From NCBI RefSeq assembly GCF_006345805.1, contig NC_043009.1, forward strand, positions 29,388,001 to 29,452,000: 64,000 nt of DNA, in the 5' to 3' direction. Shown here piece by piece: positions 55,325-64,000 of this stretch. Source of the DNA: Octopus sinensis (Eukaryota). Position 1 is the first letter of the stretch; every line of letters starts with the position of its first letter. Position numbers and translations under genes: made by a program. The notes beneath the pieces were generated by a model that saw nothing but the letters and a program-made list of their open reading frames with translations, was not told where the DNA came from and did not search any database.

Positions 55325-55635
55325 CGGATGTGTGTACAAGAAGTTTGATTCGCAGTCTCATGATTTTGGGTTCAGCCCCATTGCACGGAACCTTGGGCAA
55401 GTACCTTCTTCGGTTTTCCAACCGTAAACGATGCCGACTAGCACTCTGCCAGTGTTCGCTTCGATGACCCGGTGGGGTGACTGCGCGAGAAACCATAGTC
55501 GGTTCAGGGGGGGGGGGGGGCATGGCTGCAAAACAGAAACTTGAAGGAATTGACGGAAGGTCACCACTAAGACTGGAGCTTGCGGTTTAATTTGACTTAC
55601 TACGGGATAACTCACCCTGATAGACGGAAACTGCG
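55325..55635 (+). mobile_element. SINE family B head carrying an 18S rRNA segment
   Basis: Head acaagaagtttgattcgcagtctcatg..ggaaccttgggcaagtaccttc, then the rRNA segment, then resumes at tagacggaaactg. Confidence 0.75.
55415..55617 (+). rRNA. Non-functional 18S (SSU) rRNA fragment, ~200 nt
   Basis: ccaaccgtaaacgatgccgactag, aaacttgaaggaattgacggaagg (one mismatch to the universal AAACTYAAAKGAATTGACGG), ggagcttgcggtttaatttgact and actcacc occur in the conserved SSU order. Confidence 0.9.
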
Positions 55636-55849
55636 TATACATACAAACAAACAAGCATACCTACATATACACAACTATATACACACACTCTGTCTTTCTA
55701 TCTCTTTATATAAAAGTCTACGCACACACACACACACACGCATATATATATATATATATACACACACATATATATGTATACACACACACATACACACATA
55801 TATATGTGATGGACTCTCTTGTCGAAGGCAACGCATGAGAGTTCAGCTG

Positions 55850-56095
55850 TCGCCAGACGACTTGCACAAATGATTTGTTTATAGGGATCAACAGCATGTG
55901 CTGTACATTATCTAACTCCCCTCCATCAAATCGACGTTGCCTGAACTGGCGTCAGGTGTCGAAGTGATCTCAGGACAAGGTGAGATGAAGCGTTCTTGCT
56001 CATGAACACAACGCACCTATCCGTCTAGGAATTGAAAAAACAATCTCACGATCGTGAATGATAACACCCTGACCACTAGAACGCTTATCGCCAGC
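55850..56095 (-). mobile_element. SINE family C-like, degenerate
   Basis: ttcttgctcatgaacacaacgcacc..accctgaccactag resembles 27880-27960. Confidence 0.55.
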
Positions 56096-56264
56096 CACTT
56101 AATGTCAACATTCGCATGCATATAAATATACTTAAATACATGCATTTATCATTTCTCGTTATAATATATTTATATAATATTATACTATTTTATAGTATAT
56201 ATATATATATACACACACACACACATGTATATATATATACACACACACGTATATATATATATGT

Positions 56265-56604
56265 TTTCTTTTATTCTTTTATTTCTTTCAGTCATTTGAC
56301 TGCGGCCATGCTGGAGAGCACCACCTTTAGTCGAGCACATCGACCCCAGGACTTATTCTTTCTAAGCGTAGTACTTGTTTTATCGGTGTCTTTTTGCACA
56401 ACCGCTAAGTTACGGGTTCGTAAACACACCAACATCTGTTGTCAAGCGATGGTGGGGGGACAAACACACTTACACTTATACATACATGGCTTTGGTCGGC
56501 CCGAAGCTATAGTAAAAGACACTTGCTCAAGGAGCCACGCAGTGGGACTGAACCCGGAACCATGTGGTTGGTAAACAATCTGCTTACCACTCAGCCACCC
56601 CTGC
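56265..56604 (-). mobile_element. SINE family B, internally deleted
   Basis: Match to the family consensus. Confidence 0.88.
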
Positions 56605-56605
56605 G

Positions 56606-56648
<43 letters not shown>

Positions 56649-57010
56649 ATAGTAATGGTAAGACAGCAAAAGAAAGAGACCTCGGTATTATGTAAATAGA
56701 GGAATTTAACTGTAATATGTGACAATTATTCGATTGCCATAATATTTATATATATATATATATGCTATATATGCATGTATGTATGTATGTATTTATGTAT
56801 GTATGTATGTATGTGTGTTTATGTTCTGTTTATATATCTACTGCATATGTTATATAGATGATATCCTACCTTGACTGGCCCCCGATATTAAATAATATGT
56901 TAAATACGGTGTAGCATCAGTTTTCTATAGCCATTGGATTTGTGGAGTACATAAGTAGAGTGACTGCTCGTTTCTCTCGGTCAAATTGATGTATTTATAT
57001 TCATTATTAA

Positions 57011-57344
57011 AAGCGACAAGCTGGCAGAAGCGTTAGCACGCCGGGCGAAATACTCAGCGGTATTTTGCCTGACTTTACGTTCTGAGTTCAATTTCCGCTG
57101 AGGTTGACTTTGCCTTTTATCCTTTCGGGGTCGATTAAATAAGTACCAGTTACGCACTGGGGTCGATATAATCGACTTAATTCGTTTGTCTGTCCTTGTT
57201 TGTCCTCACTGTGTTTAGCCCCTTGTGGGTAGTAAAGAAATAGGTATTTCGTCTGTCTTTCCGTTCTGAGTTCAAATTCCGCCGAGGTCGACTTTGTCTT
57301 TCATCCTTTCGGGGTCGATTAGATAAGTACCAGTTACGCACTGG
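57011..57344 (+). mobile_element. SINE family A tandem dimer (tail B), second unit truncated at the L1 junction
   Basis: Junction gtaaagaaata|ggtatttcgtc at 57242/3; the second unit stops at gttacgcactgg. Confidence 0.9.
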
Positions 57345-58096
57345 GATGTTCGGGCAAGGGAATACACGGCAAAATTTCTAGAAATCCCTGGCCTGACAAT
57401 TCTACTGAGTGGGGCTACTGGTTCGAAATAAATGTTATTGACATGAAATTTCCGCCAGGAGGGATTGCTTTAATATGCACGCATAGCGATGAAATCGTAT
57501 TGGATACACTCGTAAAGTATCCAAGCATTGCTGACTTGTGGAGTTATGTCGAACAGCAGTTGTCCCGACTGCAACTATTGACCGAGCTCATCGTACATAT
57601 CGCACCACCAGCACCCACCTTTAATAAAACAGGGCAGTCTGTGTTCGTCTGTCTAGTGACAGTGGCAAAAGATGTCGTGTGGTGGATGAAGCTGAAAGGA
57701 TGACGGAATGATACTTTTCTGGTTCAACCAAGCCTCCACCCACTTTTAAAATACCTCTTGGAAAAGAAGGTGAGGGGGAAGGGGGAAAATACGCCCTCCC
57801 AGTGAATTTGCCAAGAGGTGGGTGACTGCGGCAATAATGGTTTGAGTAAGGGCTCGTGTTCTTGATAATCAGAGTGATCCTGAAACTGTGGGGTTCCTTA
57901 ATTGGCCATAGTTGAGGGTTCTCCTATACTCGAAGGACTGCACGATAGAAGTGTTCACATATTTTGTATATTCTGTGTACGTCTTTCTCATTTCACCCCT
58001 TTCTCTTTCTTTTAAGTAAACTCCTACGCAAATTGCAAACTGTCCTTCTAACGTCGCCTCCTCTGCGTCTGATTCCCCGTGGGGAATAAAAGAAAT
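57345..58096 (+). mobile_element. 5'-truncated Tx1/L1-clade LINE (zf-RVT C-terminus + 3' UTR)
   Basis: F*KSLA*QFY*VGLLVRNKCY*H (cf. FQKSLAWQxYRxALPVRxKL), IVLDTLVKYPSIADLWSYVEQQLSR, SVFVCLVTVAKDVVWWMKLKG and LLKYLLEKKVR; ends ccccgtggggaataaaagaaat. Confidence 0.75.
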
Positions 58097-58914
58097 CGTT
58101 ATTATCTCACTTTTCAATGGTCCACTGAGATAAGCTCTACTTCCAACACATTTACTCTTCATAATAATATACTTTTTTTATGAGGGAAAATTGTGAGTGT
58201 TGTCTTAGAAACAAAAACAAAAAAAAAATGCTTTAAATAAAAAAGAAAATTATTGTAAATTTCTCATCAAGCCTTAATATTTGATGAGAAATTATCAATT
58301 TTGTCATTTCAGATAAGTAATTAATTTTGTCTTCCATCAAAATTTCATTTTTCTTTAATTTTCCCCAGTTTCTTTATTTTTACATCATATTTTTTACTCC
58401 CACTGAAAAAATAATTAATTCCAGACACACAGATCGGCTGGCCTTGTTTCAAGTGTATAGTAACTGTTTTTTTAATCAATTTTCTTGTTTATTTATTTAA
58501 AATAAATTTACCTCTAAGGAAACAAAAATGATGAATTAAGGATAAATTCTACAGTGACAATATTACAGATAGTAGTCGAAAAAAATGTCTTCGATGTCTG
58601 TCTGTTTTTCTAGAATGAATACAACAAAATAAATAAATGCAATTGATAATCACAGGTTCCTTGCTAGTATCTCCAGCCCTCACAAAATGTCATTGCCTTC
58701 CATCAATGTCAACTAATATCAATTCATTAGTAGGTTAAACTAATAATTATTTTCTAAAATTATTACTAATTAGTAATACTTTTTTTTTCTCAATTCGCAA
58801 TTAGTCGAGAGAAAACGAAAGAAAATAAAATTGAAGATAATTCTAATGTAATAAATCTATTTCTAAATTATTTCAGCGATGATTAATTAATGACTGCTTT
58901 ATATTGCTATTAAT

Positions 58915-59117
58915 GTTGATTTCAAATTTTGGCACAAAGCCAGCAATGTCAGGGGTAAGTGAAAGTCGATTTCATCGACTCCAGTGGTACATCGACCCCG
59001 AAAGAATGAAAGGCAAAAGTCGACCTCGGCGTAATTTGATCTCTGAACGTAAAAACGAACATAATACCGCTAAGCATTTTTGCCGGGCATACTAACGACT
59101 CAGCCAGCTCGCCGTCT
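58915..59117 (-). mobile_element. SINE family A
   Basis: Match to the family consensus. Confidence 0.85.
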
Positions 59118-59269
59118 TATATATTGCCACTAACGTTACCAATTGTTGATCTGGTGGACGTACAATCCAGATGTGTTGGAAATCTATTAATCTTAGTTCA
59201 AATCCAGTATTGGTCCTATTTTGCTTACTGATACTTCTATGCTAAAAGAAATCAATATGGCTTCCAATT

Positions 59270-59410
59270 TAGGTACAAGACTAGTAATTTCAAGGGAGCG
59301 TGTAAGTCTATTACAACGACTGATACTTATTTTATCGACCTTAAAATAAATAGATAAATAAATGGCAAGTGCGACCTCGGTTGAATTTGAACTCAGAACG
59401 TAAAGAGCTA
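59270..59410 (-). mobile_element. SINE family A, degenerate partial
   Basis: tacttattttatcgacc..cgacctcggttgaatttgaactcagaacg. Confidence 0.65.
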
Positions 59411-59454
59411 AGAAGAAGAATTAAGTAACACACCTGTAATATATCTGCAATATA

Positions 59455-59669
59455 TTCTTTTCTGCTCTAGGCACAAGGTCCGAAATTTTGGGGGAGGAGG
59501 GTAGTCGATTAGATTGATCCCAGTACGCAACTAGTACTTAATTTATCGGCCCCGAAAGGATGAACGGTAAAGTGGACATCGTCGGAATTTGAACTCAGAA
59601 CGTAGCGACGGGCGAAAGACCGCTAAGCTTTTCGTCCAGCGTGTTAATAATTCTGCCAGCTCGCTGCCT
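59455..59669 (-). mobile_element. SINE family A, full copy
   Basis: Match to the family consensus. Confidence 0.88.
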
Positions 59670-59694
59670 TGAGATAGATTAATAATGAAGTCAC

Positions 59695-59920
59695 TAGGCA
59701 CTTACTGAACTCGTCAGAAAAATAGTCGCATCTCCTTCAAATAATTCCCTGTCATCTTCAAAAAGAGAATGTAATTCCAGATGCAGGATGGTTAACTCTG
59801 ATACGAAACAATCATGCTTGGATATGATAAATGTATCTTCAGCATCCTTGATATCTCTATTCTTAATAGTATGCGTCATTCTTAAAGATTTGTTTTTCGG
59901 ACTAAGGGTCTCTCTTTGCA
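59695..59920 (-). mobile_element. Possible mariner C-terminal relic
   Basis: cagggaattatttgaaggagat (cf. QGxYFEGD) and RDIKDAEDT (cf. RFxDxExI). Confidence 0.3.
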
Positions 59921-60325
59921 AATATCAATGGAGCAACAAACTATACAAGGTTCATTAAAAATCACTCAAGCCCACTACGGCACTTTCTAATGATTGGAGA
60001 TTAAGGAATATTAATACCGACAACTATAACACCACATATTCAGCTACCAAACAAGCTTCTTTAAATTAATGGCTCCAAAAGGTGTTATCTTTTATCGCTT
60101 AGAGAAGTGCATTATCCTTTTGCAACCTTTTGCTAATTTTCAACTAAATAGCGGAATCAGTGAATTCTTGTAAACACTTCCGTAAACACAGGTATTTTCA
60201 AATTCTAATCGAGAAAAGCAGTTTATTCCTAATATAATGCATTTGCTTTACTCCGAAAATTCTCACACAATGGGAAATAAGTGTCCAGTTATCCACCTGA
60301 AACAACTCTTCATTAACAATACACA

Positions 60326-60665
60326 GCGTGGCTGCGTGTTAAGAAGCTTCCTTCCCAACCCGGTTGAGTTCCACTGATGGCACCTTGGGTAAATGTTTTC
60401 TACTTGGGTCGACCAAAGCTTTGTGAGTGGATTTGGTAGACGGGAACTAAAAGAAGCCCGTCGTATATGTATATATGTGCATGTGTGTGTGTAATTGTGT
60501 GTGTGCTTGTTCCTCCACCATCGCTTGACAACTTAGCAGTTTGGCAAAAAGAGACCGATAGAATAAGTACTAGGCTTACAAAGAATAAGTCCTGGGGGTC
60601 GATTTGTTCGGCTAAAAGGCAGTGCTCCAGCATGGCCGCATTCAGATTTACTTGAAACAAGTACA
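60326..60665 (+). mobile_element. SINE family B with deletions
   Basis: Match to the family consensus. Confidence 0.88.
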
Positions 60666-61084
60666 GTTTAGTAAAAGAATATCACTTTCTTTTGTGTGTT
60701 TTAAGCAAAGGAAATGGAAAATATGGAAATATCTCGTGACTTGCATTGGACAGGCAAATACATCGCTGTTTCTGAAATCACAGTCATGTAGGTGAATGTG
60801 TAAAGTAATTACTAATGGCGTTTTGGATAGTGATTAAAATTATGATGATTAATATTTTGACGTATTTGTAAATACTTTTTAAACATATACGTCGTGGTAT
60901 TGATTCCCTACTTCGATCGCTTGAATAATCGGTGACACGAGACCCAGAGTAACTGTTCAAGAAACTTCAGGTTTTAATTACGTATATGTGTGTGCATGTG
61001 TATGTATATACACATATGCGACCGTATCTATCTATCTGTCGATTGATCTTTCTGTCTATCTCTTTGTCTGTCTGTGTATTTCAC

Positions 61085-61105
61085 CCTGTTTCGATATATA
61101 CACAC

Positions 61106-61138
<33 letters not shown>

Positions 61139-61225
61139 TGTATGTATGTATGTATGCATGTATGTATGTATGTATGTGTGTATGTATGTATGCCACGTCA
61201 TATATATAATATATATATATATATA
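61085..61225. repeat. (TATG)n/(TA)n
   Basis: Directly visible. Confidence 0.9.
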
Positions 61226-61226
61226 T

Positions 61227-61588
61227 GACGTGGCTGTATGCTAAGAAGCTTGCTTCACAACCACACGGCTCTGGGTTCAGTTTCACTGCTTGGCACCTCA
61301 GGTAACAGTCTTCTGCTATAGTCCCGGGCCTTGTGAGTGGATTTAGTAGATAGAGACTGAAAGAAGCCCGTCGTATGTATGTATATATATGTATATATGT
61401 GTGTCTGTGTTTGTCTCCCACCACCGCTTGACAACCGATGTTGGTGTGTCTACATCCCCGTAAGCTAGCGGTCCGGCAAAAAGAAACCGATAGAATAAGT
61501 AGTAGGCTTACAAAGAATATTTCGGCTAAAGACGGTGCTCCAACATAGCCGCAGTTAAATGACCGAAACAAGTAAAAGAATAAAGAAT
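61227..61588 (+). mobile_element. SINE family B
   Basis: Match to the family consensus. Confidence 0.88.
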
Positions 61589-61589
61589 G

Positions 61590-61600
61590 CACACACACAC

Positions 61601-61685
<85 letters not shown>
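61590..61685. repeat. (CA)n(CT)n
   Basis: Directly visible. Confidence 0.9.
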
Positions 61686-62407
61686 GTTATAAGAAAGTAA
61701 AGCTTCTTGAATTGTTATTACATGAATTGATAAAGGTTCTGGTTGGCCACTTGACATACTAGAAGCAACAGCTAAATCTCTTTGATACTTCACTCAGCCC
61801 TCTGAAAATATAAGCTACATTGGATATTACTGTGACTGAAATTAAGATGGGATAATCACTTTTAAGATATCTTTAATAATTATTCTGTTTAATCAGGACG
61901 ACGTTACTAATATAAAATATAAAAAAATGGAATTTGCATTTCATTTGATTTCAAGCCTTCTTTATATTCATTTCTCAAGAACTTTATAAAAATGATTAGA
62001 ATAGCCATCACTGGGTATTAAACCTGACCCCCTAAAATTCTCTCACGTATGCTAAATCACTAATTATATTTTTTAATGTTATTTCTCTTGAAATTTTAAA
62101 CAAACAATGGCGCTGAGTGTTCACTTGAGAAGCAGCAAACAGCAACCAAAGCCACACTCGTTTGAAATCTTATTGAAATTGTGCATTCGGTACTTGTTTC
62201 ACTTCCTTCATTAATAATGAGGTTTTGCATTGAATGTGGTAATATAGCCATTGTTTATAGATATTTCTTTGTAATTCTCCTACATGAAGCACTTGATAAA
62301 TACTTCAGCGCCTCAACTTTCATTTTTGTTTTAATTACAAAACGGGAGCTTTCTGAATGCTTGATTACATTTTTAATTAGCAATACTGAAATATCAGCAA
62401 CAATCAC

Positions 62408-62512
62408 TCTCTCTTCTCTCTTCTCTCTCTCTCTTCTCTCTTCTCTCTCTCTCTTCTCTCTTCTCTCTCTCTCTTCTCTCTTCTCTCTCTCTCTCTTTCT
62501 CTCTCTCCTCTT
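62408..62512. repeat. CT-rich higher-order repeat (~18-bp ttctctcttctctctctc units)
   Basis: Directly visible. Confidence 0.85.
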
Positions 62513-64000
62513 CTCGTTGTTTTTCTCTTGTCTTTCTATCACTCATCGTGTTGCAGCTGAAGAATTCAATAGAAAACTTCCAACGCTAATGTGGTGGTGG
62601 TTGAACGGTGAATGGCAAGATACAAGTGAATGTAATGAGGTTGAAGAAATGAATGCTGAAAGAGAAAAAAAAATGACCTATCATACTGGCCAATTCATAT
62701 AAGATTTTAATTGCTACTGACCGAGTCTGCCCTTACCCAACAACCTCGAAACTACTAAATGAGTGAAATGCAAAAGTACATATTCTGATTTATAGAACAA
62801 AATAGCAATATCTAAATATTGCTTATTTCGTTTTAATTTTTCTTAAGAAATGCTTTTTATACGAAACAATACAATATTGTCAGATTATTCATGCAGACTG
62901 ACTCTGAGACTGGCACCTGTAACATAGCGTAGTTTCATATTCTTTGGCAGAACTAGATGAAAAATATTTGTTAATTATGTATGCATAAACATACATGCGT
63001 CCACACATACATGTACACATACACACACACATCATATATTTTATATATATTTTATCGGATGAATGTCTGTTCATTCTTAAATTGAAATACTTTCCTAAGG
63101 TTCCTAATGTCTTTTCTTCATACTTTGCTTTCGAATTATTTTATAAAATTCGTACAGGTATGAAAGCTTGTATTGAAATAATCAGTATATGACATAACTT
63201 ATTAAACAAAGTTCAACAAATTCATTCATATTTATGAAATTAAGGAGATCGAATGTTAAAATAAATTATAGTTTTCAGTTCTAATTTTGCTATACAATTG
63301 TTTCAGACAAATGGACTCAGATATTCATAAATATAAAATCGTAATTGTCATACTTGTAGTTAATAGAAAAACAAAAAAGAAGTTTAAAGTACATTAATAA
63401 CTCTCTTTTCTTGATTGCAAATACGTGATGACTATGCTTTCTGAAGGTATGTGCACACAGGACAGTTGTCTCAGTCCCTATACTAATCTATGTATTATGT
63501 GATTATGTCTGTAAGGCCCTCAGTACACTTCTTTCCTCGAAAGCCTATAATACTGTTCAGGCGGCTATGATTACTGCATGATGATATAACCCAATACTCT
63601 GCGGAGAAATATCTCTGTAAAATTGCTGAGGCTTTATGAGTTGATTTGAATTTCATATATGAGAAAGTTTACTCTCTGAGAGACTGCTGTCTTATCCAGG
63701 ATGTAAGCGGTTTCCCTTGTTTCTTTATCAGAAATCTTTATTATCACTGTTACCATTGATAGATTGATAGCATTCCAATATCGGAAAAGTGTCTTGTAAT
63801 AATTTTCCAGCCCCTTACATACTAGTTTCACATTCTTTTGAAGTTACTTTACTTTCATCATCCTGGAGTCAATAAAATGAAATACCAGTTAAATATTGCA
63901 GTCGATTTAACCCACAAATTTGCTCCTCCTCTAAGTGTCGTCAACGACTAAACCGGCATTCCCTCTAGGCTTACCTGGTAAGGAGGGTTGCTAGAAATCC

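Noticed and set aside
55415-55617. Functional rDNA locus
   Set aside because: Only about 200 nt, mutated, and flanked by SINE sequence; no other rRNA parts are present.
59707-59798. Minus-strand exon candidate ending at GTAAGT (ELTILHLELHSLFEDDRELFEGD)
   Set aside because: Explained equally well by a mariner C-terminal relic (QGxYFEGD).

Overview
AT-rich, repeat-dense eukaryotic DNA. The SINE families, the microsatellite load and the 18S variant point to an octopus (cephalopod) genome; this is inference, not a database result. I found no intact, recognisable protein-coding gene: almost all listed ORFs are translations of (AT)n, (TATG)n, (AGAT)n or (CA)n tracts, or of decayed transposons. The window holds about 30 tRNA-headed SINE copies of three families and LINE relics (RTE, R4/Dong-like, Tx1/L1). 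It also holds Gypsy gag and integrase relics, mariner/Tc1 relics, several MITEs, a Helentron-type non-autonomous element nested in a pogo-type MITE, Penelope-like termini and a few low-confidence exon candidates. The most notable observations: (1) a SINE variant builds tandem arrays with an identical junction, its tail resembles the 3' end of a Tx1-like L1, and one array is fused to that L1; (2) a CORE-type SINE carries about 200 nt of 18S rRNA in place of its middle; (3) a Penelope-type minimal hammerhead ribozyme motif; (4) an R4/Dong-like element flanked by (TACA)n.
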